Both the position numbers and the translations under genes were made by a program. The notes beneath the pieces are model-generated. The model was given only the letters and a program-made list of their open reading frames with translations. It did no database searches and was not told the DNA's origin. A DNA stretch of 17,003 bases from Cyanobacteria bacterium J06626_4 (GTDB lineage Bacteria; Cyanobacteriota; Cyanobacteriia; Phormidesmidales; Phormidesmidaceae), in the NCBI GenBank assembly GCA_038523235.1, contig JBCBJQ010000009.1, positions 99,960 through 116,962 on the forward strand, in the 5' to 3' direction. This document shows, piece after piece, positions 8,557 through 17,003 of this stretch (position 1 is its first letter; each line of letters starts with the position of its first letter).

Positions 8557-8610
8557 GATCTCGCGATTGTGTAGGTTTGAACCGTCGCTGACAACCCCAC
8601 AGCCTGCGCC

Positions 8611-9003
8611 TTAGCTTGGTTTCTGAGACGGGTAGATCTGCTTTAACCAGAGCCAGCCCAGCCAACAGCCAATTACGTAGTAGGGAAAATCACCCCAGGT
8701 AAACGTGTTGCCAAACACGAGCCGTCCCAGCAGCGTGGCGCGAATGGCTTGCAACCAAACCGGCTGCCAGAGCTGTAAAAATTCCAGCAGACAGGTGGAT
8801 ATCAACACCATGACGGCGATCTCCCCGGGGCGCAATCGCACCCAAATCAACGCCACCAAGAGCATCCAAAAGATTTCGTAGGGAATGCCGCCAAACGCAT
8901 CGTTGAGCCAGGCCTGTCCCAGGCCTCGGTAAAACTTTGTCGCTAGGCCAAACGGCACGATGAAGGCAGTACTGAGCAACAAATTGCGGCGATATCGGTT
9001 CAT
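8611..9003 (-). CDS. DUF2809 family membrane protein
   Basis: GLATKFY, LEFLQL and RATLLGRLVFGNTFTWGD motifs; hydrophobic protein. Confidence 0.8.
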   Translation of the reverse strand: MNRYRRNLLLSTAFIVPFGLATKFYRGLGQAWLNDAFGGIPYEIFWMLLVALIWVRLRPGEIAVMVLISTCLLEFLQLWQPVWLQAIRATLLGRLVFGNTFTWGDFPYYVIGCWLGWLWLKQIYPSQKPS

Positions 9004-9402
9004 GTGAAAAGGGGGATCAGTTCAGGAGGCGATGATATCGAGGACGGGATAAAGGGATGGAATACGCTTTTTGCGTAACTCCCTTAATCAGAGATGCGTC
9101 TTAGGTTGCCCCAGTGCCTCCGAAGCTGATCAGCGGTGAAGTTGTATCGCCATCTGAAACCGGCATGATCGACAAGTTTGGTCGCGTGCCATACGCAGCA
9201 TCAATCCTATGCATTGCCTGGAAAGGTGACTTGAGAAGCGCCAAGGGCCAGTTCGGTCGGTATATCAAGGAAAGTTTTCGGTAAGCGGGGCGATCGCACC
9301 GACCCAAATTGGTTGCAGCCACAGTTGAGATATGCACCGAAACGGTAGCTTCTATGGCACTCTGAAGATGGTGTATTCAAACATTCATTGAGACTAAGGG
9401 CT

Positions 9403-10638
9403 ATGCAAACCCTACCTTCCCCCCCTTCGCTATCCGCACCCACCGAAGCCGCTTTCGATACTACGATTCATCGTCGCCAAACTCGCCCCGTTCAGGTCGG
9501 TAGTGTCACTATCGGCGGCGGTGCCCCGGTGGTCGTGCAGTCCATGATTAACGAAGACACCTTAGATGTGCCAGGAGCCGTCGCGGGCATTCGTCGCCTG
9601 CACGAAATCGGCTGTGAAATTGTCCGGGTGACGGTGCCCAGTATGGCCCACGCTAAAGCGCTGGCTGAGATTCGCCAACAGCTCGAAGCCACCTATCAGA
9701 CTGTGCCGCTGGTTGCCGACGTCCACCACAACGGCATGAAAATTGCTCTCGAAGTGGCGAAGCATGTCGATAAGGTGCGCATTAACCCCGGCCTGTATGT
9801 GTTTGAGAAGCCGCAGTCGGGTCGCACCGAATATTCGGAATCAGAATTTGCTGATATCGGCCACAAGATTCGTGAAACGCTAGAGCCCTTAGTCGTTTCC
9901 CTGCGCGAGCAGAATAAGGCGATGCGCATTGGCGTCAATCATGGTTCGCTGGCGGAACGCATGCTGTTCACCTACGGCGATACGCCTGAAGGCATGGTGG
10001 AATCAGCCCTAGAGTTCATTCACATTTGCGAATCGCTCGACTTCCAAAACCTGGTGATTTCGCTCAAAGCGTCTCGGGTGCCGGTGATGCTGGCGGCCTA
10101 TCGCCTGATGGTCAAGCGCATGAATGAATTGGGCATGAACTATCCCCTGCATCTGGGCGTGACGGAAGCGGGCGACGGTGAGTATGGTCGCATCAAGTCA
10201 ACGGCAGGCATTGGCACCCTCTTAGCCGAGGGCATTGGCGATACCATTCGAGTCTCTTTAACCGAAGCGCCCGAAAAGGAAATTCCCGTTTGCTATAGCA
10301 TTTTGCAGGCGCTCGGTCTCCGCAAAACCATGGTGGAATATGTGGCCTGCCCTTCCTGCGGGCGCACCCTGTTCAACCTGGAAGATGTGCTGCACGAAGT
10401 GCGCGAAGCCACCAATCACCTCACCGGGCTAGATATTGCGGTGATGGGCTGCATCGTCAATGGCCCCGGCGAAATGGCCGATGCCGATTATGGCTACGTC
10501 GGCAAAACGCCGGGGTATATCTCCCTCTACCGGGGTCGCGAAGAGATCAAAAAGGTGCCCGAAGATCAGGGTGTGGCGGAATTGATTAACCTGATTAAGT
10601 CGGATGGCCGCTGGGTCGATCCTGAGGACGTGAGTTGA
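9403..10638 (+). CDS. ispG: (E)-4-hydroxy-3-methylbut-2-enyl-diphosphate synthase
   Basis: [29 protein letters not shown] and HLGVTEAG motifs, plus 4Fe-4S cysteines CPSCGR and [13 protein letters not shown] at 9403. Confidence 0.98.
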   Translation: MQTLPSPPSLSAPTEAAFDTTIHRRQTRPVQVGSVTIGGGAPVVVQSMINEDTLDVPGAVAGIRRLHEIGCEIVRVTVPSMAHAKALAEIRQQLEATYQTVPLVADVHHNGMKIALEVAKHVDKVRINPGLYVFEKPQSGRTEYSESEFADIGHKIRETLEPLVVSLREQNKAMRIGVNHGSLAERMLFTYGDTPEGMVESALEFIHICESLDFQNLVISLKASRVPVMLAAYRLMVKRMNELGMNYPLHLGVTEAGDGEYGRIKSTAGIGTLLAEGIGDTIRVSLTEAPEKEIPVCYSILQALGLRKTMVEYVACPSCGRTLFNLEDVLHEVREATNHLTGLDIAVMGCIVNGPGEMADADYGYVGKTPGYISLYRGREEIKKVPEDQGVAELINLIKSDGRWVDPEDVS

Positions 10639-10844
10639 CGGATACTGGGCGGTATTCGGATGTCATTATAGAGGTTCCATGCATCTACCCGACTCTTGAA
10701 ATGACGGTTTACAATCTGTGTTTTTTCTCAAGAAAGACTCATATTGGGCCGCTATGATAGGGCCAAAGTTCACCGCTTTATCTGGCAAAACAGCTGCGAA
10801 GAGCTTGTGTTAGATTGGGCAAAATTGCCGACGGAAATAGGTTT

Positions 10845-12131
10845 ATGGCGATCGCAAAGCGAGGATTGGTTTTAGGCGCAGCTGCTATAGCTGTCGCTGG
10901 GGTGATTGTGACGGGAGCTGGTCTACATCTGTCACAAGGAAAAGCATTCTTCGAAGAAAGTCCCAAAGAAGTCATTGATGAAGTCTGGCAACTAATCGAC
11001 AACACGTATGTTGATGCCACCTTTAACCAGACAGACTGGGAAGCTGTGCGCACTGACTACCTCGGTCGTGAGTACAGTTCTCAAGATGCGGCTTACGATG
11101 CTGTGCGCGAAATGCTGGAGCTGCTGGAAGATCCCTACACCCGGTTTATGGATCCCCAAGAGTTTCGCAACATGCAGATCGATACCTCTGGTGAACTGAC
11201 CGGTGTCGGCATTCAGATCACCCAAGAGGAAGAAACCGACGAGATTATCGTCGTCGCCCCGATTGAAGACACCCCTGCCTTTGAGGCGGGTTTGCGATCG
11301 CAGGACGTGATTGTTGAAATCGACGGTCAGAGCACCGAAGGACTAGAGCTCAATGATGCGGTCAGCCTGATTCGCGGTCCGGTCGGTTCTGACGTTACCC
11401 TCACTGTTCGGCGGGATGATGAACTGTTAGATTTCAATCTCCAGCGGGCTCGGATCGAAATTCACCCGGTACGGTATTCCATCAAAGAAGAGCCTGAGGG
11501 GCCAATTGGCTACATTCGATTAACCCAGTTCAGCAGCAATGCCTCTGGTGAGATGCAAGAGGCGATCGAATCGTTAGAAGCAGAGAACGTGGTTGGCTAC
11601 ATTCTCGACTTGCGCTCAAATCCTGGTGGGCTGTTGTATTCCAGCATCGAAATTGCCCGCATGTGGTTAGATGATGGCGCGATTGTATCGACAGTCAATC
11701 GCCAAGGCATCGTCGACGAAGAAGTGGCCAACAACCGTGCCCTCACCGATAAACCCCTGGTTGTCTTAGTCGATGGGGGGTCTGCCTCCGCTAGCGAAAT
11801 TTTATCGGGTGCTCTGCAAGATAATGATCGGGCGCAATTAGTCGGCACGCAAACGTTTGGCAAAGGCCTCGTGCAGTCAGTGCGGAGTTTGCCAGATGGC
11901 TCAGGTGTGGCCATCACCATCGCCAAATATCTGACCCCGAGTGGCCGTGACATTAATCAGCAGGGCATTGACCCTGATATCTTAGTCGAACTGTCGGAAG
12001 AAGAACGCGAGAGCTTAGCTGAAAACCGCGACCTCATCGGCACATTAGAAGACCCGCAGTACGAACAGGCGCAAGAGCTTCTCTTGCAAACCGTACAAGC
12101 CGAGCAAAATACCGCCGCTGGCGTGCAGTAG
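10845..12131 (+). CDS. ctpC: Carboxyl-terminal processing protease, S41 family (CtpC-like)
   Basis: Signal/TM segment, DPYTRF, PDZ GVGI, DLRSNPGG, catalytic SASASEI and TFGKG. Paralog assignment from the N-terminal style and position after ispG is less certain than the family. Confidence 0.88.
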   Translation: MAIAKRGLVLGAAAIAVAGVIVTGAGLHLSQGKAFFEESPKEVIDEVWQLIDNTYVDATFNQTDWEAVRTDYLGREYSSQDAAYDAVREMLELLEDPYTRFMDPQEFRNMQIDTSGELTGVGIQITQEEETDEIIVVAPIEDTPAFEAGLRSQDVIVEIDGQSTEGLELNDAVSLIRGPVGSDVTLTVRRDDELLDFNLQRARIEIHPVRYSIKEEPEGPIGYIRLTQFSSNASGEMQEAIESLEAENVVGYILDLRSNPGGLLYSSIEIARMWLDDGAIVSTVNRQGIVDEEVANNRALTDKPLVVLVDGGSASASEILSGALQDNDRAQLVGTQTFGKGLVQSVRSLPDGSGVAITIAKYLTPSGRDINQQGIDPDILVELSEEERESLAENRDLIGTLEDPQYEQAQELLLQTVQAEQNTAAGVQ

Positions 12132-12156
12132 CTCACCGTTGCTTAGAAACACCTGC

Positions 12157-12180
12157 AATCCCCATTAATGATGGGGGTTT
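12157..12180. terminator. Hairpin between convergent genes, likely bidirectional terminator
   Basis: AATCCCCAT / ATGGGGGTT stem between the stops at 12131 (+) and 12186 (-). Confidence 0.5.
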
Positions 12181-12185
12181 AGGGT

Positions 12186-12365
12186 TTAGGCGGGTTGGCA
12201 TTTGCCGGCACGAATTAACCCGACCCGTTTCGCGATCGCATCTCCTTGTGATGAGAAAGGGCCCCATTGCTCTTTGGGCTCAAGGGTGTTGGCCTCACCA
12301 GCCGTCACGATCTCGCAGATACCCGTATTCGTTTTGATGATGTACCAAGTCGTTGCTTCGTTCAT
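12186..12365 (-). CDS. 59-aa conserved small cyanobacterial protein (below the ORF-track cutoff)
   Basis: Manual translation gives MNEATTWYIIKTNTGICEIVTAGEANTLEPKEQWGPFSSQGDAIAKRVGLIRAGKCQPA*. The WYI.K...CEI...WGPF...AIA.RVGLIRAGKCQP pattern is recognised from cyanobacterial small proteins. Confidence 0.8.
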   Translation of the reverse strand: MNEATTWYIIKTNTGICEIVTAGEANTLEPKEQWGPFSSQGDAIAKRVGLIRAGKCQPA

Positions 12366-12430
12366 CGATCACTCGTGCCCCTGGGTTTGCTCGCAGTAAG
12401 GCTATTTTAACTTTCACCGCGATCGCGGCC

Positions 12431-12991
12431 TCAATAGCAATAGCGGCCGTTGCCATTGGCATAAAGCTGTTCCTCACCGTTGCGCATGGCCCCGATCAAC
12501 GTGGAGATGACAACGCACTGATCTTTCGCAATACCGTTTTTGGTATCTACCGTCAGCGTGCTGAGGCGATATTCCACATCTCCTCTGAAGCCAAAGCGCA
12601 CGTAATAGATGCCGGTTTTCTTTGCTAGCGTTGTATCAGCGGAATTGAGAATGATATTGGGATCTAGCGACTTCCAAACGGTGACGTTCTCCGCCTCAAT
12701 TTCGTTCGCATGAACGGCCCATTCAATGCGGCCATCTACTTCACGTAGGCTAAAGCGCCAGGCACCGCGATGGGTGATGGCTGCTTGCTGGGCCTGTTGA
12801 ATGCCGAGTCGGAGTTCGTTACGCGCGGCAATGGCTTGACGGTTGGCCCAAAACTGAGTCCAAGAGGGCACCGCGATCGCCATCAAAATGCCGATCATGA
12901 CCAAAACGACCAATACCTCCAATAGCGTAAACCCTCGACTCCGCTTGGCGTTTCGGCGTCGCTTGAACACCTGACTGAGCCCATAATTCAT
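12431..12991 (-). CDS. Prepilin-type N-terminal cleavage/methylation protein (FimT/GspH-like minor pilin)
   Basis: Basic leader followed by G|FTLLEVLVVLVMIGILMAIAVP, with a C-terminal Cys pair. ATG 12991 preferred; 13018 possible. Confidence 0.9.
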   Translation of the reverse strand: MNYGLSQVFKRRRNAKRSRGFTLLEVLVVLVMIGILMAIAVPSWTQFWANRQAIAARNELRLGIQQAQQAAITHRGAWRFSLREVDGRIEWAVHANEIEAENVTVWKSLDPNIILNSADTTLAKKTGIYYVRFGFRGDVEYRLSTLTVDTKNGIAKDQCVVISTLIGAMRNGEEQLYANGNGRYCY

Positions 12992-13100
12992 GTGTGGTGA
13001 GCACCCAATTCCCTGCATAGAGTGCCCTGCTATTAGCGAGGGTTGACACCTCCCACGACGCCCGTCATGGCAACAGTAATTTCACCAAAACCACTGCTAT

Positions 13101-14543
13101 TCAAGGTGATTTCGTGCGGGATGACGGTGGTGGCGCACTCCCCGCTGTGACAGCAGCGTCATAGGGGAAGGACGCTAAGATTCCCTGGGTTTCTAACCAG
13201 CGAGCGACTCGCAAAATGGTGGCTTCTTGATAAGGGGCAGCAATGATTTGCACTCCAACGGGTAAGGAATTAGACTGGTGGGCAACGGGCACTGAGAGCA
13301 CGGGCAGCCCGATGAACGAGAGCGGCTGTGTATAAAATCCGAGATGGGGACGCACCAGCACCGATTCGCCGTCCAGGGTCATGGTGTCTTGGTGCAAAAA
13401 GGGCGCAACACAGGGCGTGGTAGGGGCTAACAGCACGTCTACCTGCGCCAACGCGGCGCGCACCTGAGTTTGAAACCAGCGCCGAAATCGCTGCGCCTGC
13501 AGGTACCAGCTCTGCGGCATCAAGGCCCCGGCAATGAAGCGATCGCGCGTCGCTGGGTCAAAATCCATCAGCCGCGTTTGTAACCGTTGCCAATGCAGTT
13601 GACTGCCTTCGCAAGCCGTCATTACATAAGCGGCTGCCCGCGCCCGTTCCACTTCCGGCAGCATCACTCGCTGCGAAACGCCTAAAGCCTCAACAATCTG
13701 ACTCAGAGCTGAGGCCACTTCCGGCTGCATGCCCCGTTCAAAATGTCCGCCTAGCATCGCGATCTTCACCCCGTCGATGCCGTCCTCTAGAGCTGGCAGG
13801 GTTGGGGTGATCGACTGATCAGTACAGACTGGATCGCGGGCATCAGCCCCCTGCAGTGCATCAAAGCAGGCAGCAATATCGCGAACCGAACGAGCCAACG
13901 GGCCAATGTGATCGAGACTGCTGGAAAACAGTTGAGTACCGGCGCGTGAGAGTCGGCCATAGGTAGGTTTTAAACCGTATACGCCGCATAATCCTGCCGG
14001 TACTCGGATAGAGCCGTTCGTGTCAGACCCTAACGTCAGCGGCACTAACTGCGCGGCAACTGCAGCAGCCGATCCCCCCGACGAGCCGCCCGCGACTCTT
14101 TGAGGCGCGTGGGGATTCGGCGTAGCGCCATAGTGATGATTGACTGTGACAAAGCCATAGGCATACTCATCCATATTGAGGGCACCCATGAGAATGGCTC
14201 CGGCCTGCTCAAGACGCCTGATCGCGGTGGCATCTTGCAACGCCGGAGCCTGATCGCGGTTGATTTTAGAGCCCGCTAGCGTCACCTCTCCCGCAATATC
14301 AAACAGATTTTTGACGGCAAAAGGTACCCCTGCCAGGGGACCGACGGCTTGCCCAGCTTGCATGGCCTGATCAAGGGTTCGGGCTCGCTGCAGCGCCCGG
14401 TCAGCAGCAACTAGGGTAAAACAGTTGAGGGCGCGATCGCGGTGGTAAAGGGCGTTAAGTCGATCTTCAATGACGGCTTGTGCCGTCATCGCGCCCTGTC
14501 GAACAGCGGTGGCAATCGCGAGCCCATCCTCAAATGTAGCCAT
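13101..14543 (-). CDS. AtzE-family amidase (amidase signature; AtzE/HpxW-like)
   Basis: Lys in AVKNLFD, GGSSGGSAAAVAA, GSDTNGSIRVPA and NMDEYAYGF. Adjacent to a small AtzG-like partner gene. Confidence 0.9.
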   Translation of the reverse strand: MATFEDGLAIATAVRQGAMTAQAVIEDRLNALYHRDRALNCFTLVAADRALQRARTLDQAMQAGQAVGPLAGVPFAVKNLFDIAGEVTLAGSKINRDQAPALQDATAIRRLEQAGAILMGALNMDEYAYGFVTVNHHYGATPNPHAPQRVAGGSSGGSAAAVAAQLVPLTLGSDTNGSIRVPAGLCGVYGLKPTYGRLSRAGTQLFSSSLDHIGPLARSVRDIAACFDALQGADARDPVCTDQSITPTLPALEDGIDGVKIAMLGGHFERGMQPEVASALSQIVEALGVSQRVMLPEVERARAAAYVMTACEGSQLHWQRLQTRLMDFDPATRDRFIAGALMPQSWYLQAQRFRRWFQTQVRAALAQVDVLLAPTTPCVAPFLHQDTMTLDGESVLVRPHLGFYTQPLSFIGLPVLSVPVAHQSNSLPVGVQIIAAPYQEATILRVARWLETQGILASFPYDAAVTAGSAPPPSSRTKSP

Positions 14544-14633
14544 GGTGCGCAAACCCTCAAGACACATCTGAATAGCAGTTCTGAATACCTATGTGGATCG
14601 TGAGCGAGTGATATGCGGCCCTGCGATCCAACA

Positions 14634-14837
14634 TTAAGGCTTGAAGATCGGAGCCGCCTCGATATCATCCGGCAGCTCAAAGTCGAGCAGTGGCTGAGCG
14701 ATCGCCCTAGCTCGCGCAAAATTCTCGATCACACTGGGGCGAATCTCAGGGGAAATTGACAACTGCAAGATCTCAGCCATGCAGTCAACGTAGGTCTCAA
14801 GATCGGCCACCGGAGCCAGAGAAGTTTCAGGATTCAT
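14634..14837 (-). CDS. DUF4089 / AtzG-HpxX-like small subunit
   Basis: YVD.MA.IL.L.I.PE.RPSV..NF...IAQPLLDFELPDDIEAAPIFKP, immediately upstream of the amidase. Confidence 0.85.
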   Translation of the reverse strand: MNPETSLAPVADLETYVDCMAEILQLSISPEIRPSVIENFARARAIAQPLLDFELPDDIEAAPIFKP

Positions 14838-15120
14838 TAGGTTCTGACGATTCGAGATGAGGGATCAGCAAGCCTTCTTAACCATACAGACTGACTAAAG
14901 CGGGTAGTCAATCTCTGCATCATCTTTCAACACTTTCAGGAGGGGCCTCTCGATGCCGAAGTAGGTACGAATGCAATGGATGGAGCTTGATCGTAAGGCC
15001 TAAAGTGACGCCTTACTGCTGTGGATACATGCAGAATTGCGATCGCCCTGGGAGAGCGGGCAACATCAGCGTTTTGAACCGATGCCGACCATCGACACCG
15101 GCATCTCTACTGATCGATGG

Positions 15121-15149
15121 TTTACATTGCGTTACAAATTCGTTAATGT
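15121..15149 (+). promoter_or_regulatory. psbA promoter with HLR1 (RpaB-binding) repeat
   Basis: TTTACATT-GC-GTTACAAA (15121-15138) fits (G/T)TTACA(T/A)(T/A)-N2-repeat. -35 TTTACA, 17-bp spacer, -10-like TAATGT (15144-15149). Confidence 0.8.
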
Positions 15150-15216
15150 AATTACATACATACCGCCTGTGCTCTTCAGGGGCCAGGTATCTGTAAACCT
15201 GTACTGATAATTAATC

Positions 15217-16314
15217 ATGACTACGACTCTCCAACAACAGCAATCTGCTTCCCTTTGGGAACAGTTTTGTCAGTGGGTCACCAGCACCGAAAACCGCCTT
15301 TACATTGGCTGGTTCGGGGTGTTGATGATTCCCACTCTCTTAGCTGCAACCGCTTGCTTCACCATCGCCTTCATCGCCGCTCCCCCCGTCGACATCGACG
15401 GCATCCGTGAGCCCGTTGCTGGCTCCTTGATGTACGGCAACAACATCATCTCTGGTGCTGTTGTGCCTTCCTCCAACGCCATTGGCTTGCACTTCTACCC
15501 GATCTGGGAAGCCGCTTCCCTCGATGAGTGGTTGTACAACGGTGGTCCTTACCAGTTCGTGATCTTCCACTTCCTGATTGGCGTCTTCTGCTACATGGGT
15601 CGGGAATGGGAACTGAGCTACCGCTTGGGCATGCGTCCTTGGATTTGTGTTGCTTACTCGGCACCGGTTGCTGCGGCTACTGCCGTGTTCTTGATCTACC
15701 CGTTGGGTCAAGGCTCCTTCTCCGACGGCATGCCGTTGGGTATCTCCGGCACCTTCAACTTCATGTTGGTGTTCCAAGCTGAGCACAACATCTTGATGCA
15801 CCCCTTCCACATGTTGGGGGTGGCCGGCGTTTTTGGCGGAGCCTTTTTTAGTGCTATGCACGGTTCTCTGGTCACGTCCACGCTGATTCGAGAAACCACC
15901 GAAATCGAGTCCCAGAACTATGGCTATAAGTTTGGCCAGGAGGAAGAGACCTACAACATCATGGCGGCCCACGGTTACTTTGGTCGTCTCGTCGGGCGGA
16001 CGAATGAGATTCTCTTGGGCGCTCGGGCCAACAGCCGCACCCTGCACTTTTTCCTGGCGGCTTGGCCGGTGATCGGCATCTGGTTCACGGCATTGGGCAT
16101 CAGCACGATGGCGTTCAACCTGAACGGTTTCAACTTCAACCAGTCTGTCCTCGACTCTCAGGGTCGAGTGATTGGCACCTGGGCTGACGTGATCAACCGG
16201 GCGAACTTGGGGATGGAAGTGATGCATGAACGTAATGCGCACAACTTCCCCCTTGATTTAGCGGCGAGTGATGCCGTTCCCGTCGCCGACCTAGAAGCGC
16301 CCGCCATCGGTTAG
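15217..16314 (+). CDS. psbA: Photosystem II D1 protein, atypical variant with remodelled QB loop (365 aa)
   Basis: Unambiguous D1. D61, E130, Y161, D170, E189, H190, H198, H215, H252, H272, H332, E333, H337, D342 and A344 (standard numbering) are all present. IFQYASFN (259-266) is replaced by [13 protein letters not shown]. Confidence 0.98.
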   Translation: MTTTLQQQQSASLWEQFCQWVTSTENRLYIGWFGVLMIPTLLAATACFTIAFIAAPPVDIDGIREPVAGSLMYGNNIISGAVVPSSNAIGLHFYPIWEAASLDEWLYNGGPYQFVIFHFLIGVFCYMGREWELSYRLGMRPWICVAYSAPVAAATAVFLIYPLGQGSFSDGMPLGISGTFNFMLVFQAEHNILMHPFHMLGVAGVFGGAFFSAMHGSLVTSTLIRETTEIESQNYGYKFGQEEETYNIMAAHGYFGRLVGRTNEILLGARANSRTLHFFLAAWPVIGIWFTALGISTMAFNLNGFNFNQSVLDSQGRVIGTWADVINRANLGMEVMHERNAHNFPLDLAASDAVPVADLEAPAIG

Positions 16315-16365
16315 CGATCTCGCTGGTTCGTGTTTGTTTTAAGTCGTGTAGTTGTGATGATTGTC

Positions 16366-16399
16366 ATGCGCCCGTTGTTATGGACGGGCGCATTTTTTT
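16366..16399 (+). terminator. Rho-independent terminator of psbA
   Basis: 10-bp stem ATGCGCCCGT / ACGGGCGCAT followed by a T-run. Confidence 0.9.
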
Positions 16400-16513
16400 G
16401 CATTGAACTCTTTCCGAAATGGACTCAGGTATTCTGGGCCTCACGAAGGCCTTGTCAAAGCAACTTCCAACGCTACAATCTATTTAATATCGCTGTAGAG
16501 GAAGGTTCAGTCT

Positions 16514-16787
16514 ATGGCAGATCAACAGCGACGATAGAGCAAAGAAGAATTAGCAAGTCGCAGACAGGCAATTTATGCAATTCAGATCGGCGAAAAGTCG
16601 AGTCTGGCAATATTAGAAAATCGTTGCAATTGGTATTGAAGCTGGCAACTATGAGGTTGCTGATACTGTTCTATCTGCAACTAATTACCTATTTGAACAT
16701 AATCCCCAGGCTCAGCCTGTGGTAATGCCGATTGGACATCGTGCTGTGTATTATGTTGATACCCGGAGCTTATTGCAGGAAGCATAA
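16514..16787 (+). pseudogene. Pseudogene of a ~90-aa cyanobacterial small-protein family (RYSKEE...IVAIDIE.G..EV...IGHRAV type)
   Basis: Stitched reading MADQQRR*SKEELASRRQAIYAIQI / KVESGNIRK / VAIGIEAGNYEVADTVLSATNYLFEHNPQAQPVVMPIGHRAVYYVDTRSLLQEA*. In-frame TAG at 16535 and two frameshifts near 16587 and 16620. Confidence 0.75.
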
Positions 16788-17003
16788 TTTAAATGCGATC
16801 ACCTCCTTTTTTGAGGGTGATGGATCGCCGAAAACACATGGCTAAGAATGCTCTCGATATTGCAGCAAAAGATCATTCATTAACGCACACTCTTTTAAGA
16901 AGTTCCTTCACAAAGAGTAGATTGGGTACTGCGAGATATCGCGATGGTGCGAGATAATGCAGAATATTTTCTGGAAACGACTATTAGTTATGTTTGCGCT
17001 AAT

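Larger units (their letters stand above)
771..15046. repeat. Dispersed HIP1 octamers (GCGATCGC)
   Basis: At least 25 copies counted by eye (e.g. 771, 1625, 1828, 4651, 5451, 10848, 15039). None seen in 1-770, inside psbA or after it. Confidence 0.95.

Noticed and set aside
9101..9443. Two 78-aa minus-strand ORFs upstream of ispG
   Set aside because: No family features. The region is better explained as the divergent promoter interval.
10845..12131. S41 protease as a dedicated maturase for the nearby variant D1
   Set aside because: It looks like the CtpC-type paralog in its usual position after ispG. D1 processing is done by CtpA, and proximity alone is not evidence.
15340..16242. 300-aa antisense ORF within psbA
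   Set aside because: A shadow frame produced by psbA codon bias. The same applies to the antisense ORFs inside the KAS, ispG and protease genes.
13101..16314. An 'atrazine island' made of an AtzE-like amidase next to a D1 lacking the triazine-binding Ser264
   Set aside because: AtzE/AtzG-like pairs are common in cyanobacteria, no atzA/B/C/D genes are present, and the loop divergence looks far older than herbicide use.
2269..16314. Variant D1 as a self-resistance gene for the KAS-HDO cluster product
   Set aside because: The two are separated by about 8 kb of unrelated housekeeping genes. There is no sequence evidence of linkage without a cross-genome co-occurrence test.
16330..16725. 131-aa ORF after psbA
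   Set aside because: It runs through the psbA terminator and merely borrows one frame segment of the pseudogene.
16797..16821. GATCACCTCCTTT, identical to the 16S rRNA 3' end
   Set aside because: No 16S sequence precedes it. It is one arm of a small ATCACC/GGTGAT hairpin after the pseudogene stop.

Overview
Cyanobacterial chromosomal window, shown by psbA and at least 25 HIP1 GCGATCGC octamers. From left to right it holds: (1) an AT-richer stretch with a highly structured ~230-nt element whose closing stem sequesters the ATG of a possible minus-strand gene leaving the window, in a retron/RT-ncRNA-like layout; (2) minus-strand ttcA and yiaA; (3) a minus-strand biosynthetic cluster made of a DarB/StlD-like KAS III fused to a heme-oxygenase-like diiron domain, an unknown (DUF6999-like) protein and a Coq4-motif protein, all translationally coupled, followed by a PAPS sulfotransferase; (4) ordinary cyanobacterial genes (DUF3177, DUF2809, ispG, S41 protease, a 59-aa gene missed by the ORF track, a prepilin-like gene, an AtzG/AtzE-like pair); (5) a psbA copy with an HLR1-type promoter and intact water-splitting ligands but a completely rewritten, 5-residue-longer QB loop lacking Ser264/Phe265; (6) a decayed pseudogene tail. 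The strongest leads are the atypical D1, the orphan KAS-HDO/Coq4/sulfotransferase pathway and the structured RNA at the left edge. Family names come from motif recognition, not database searches.
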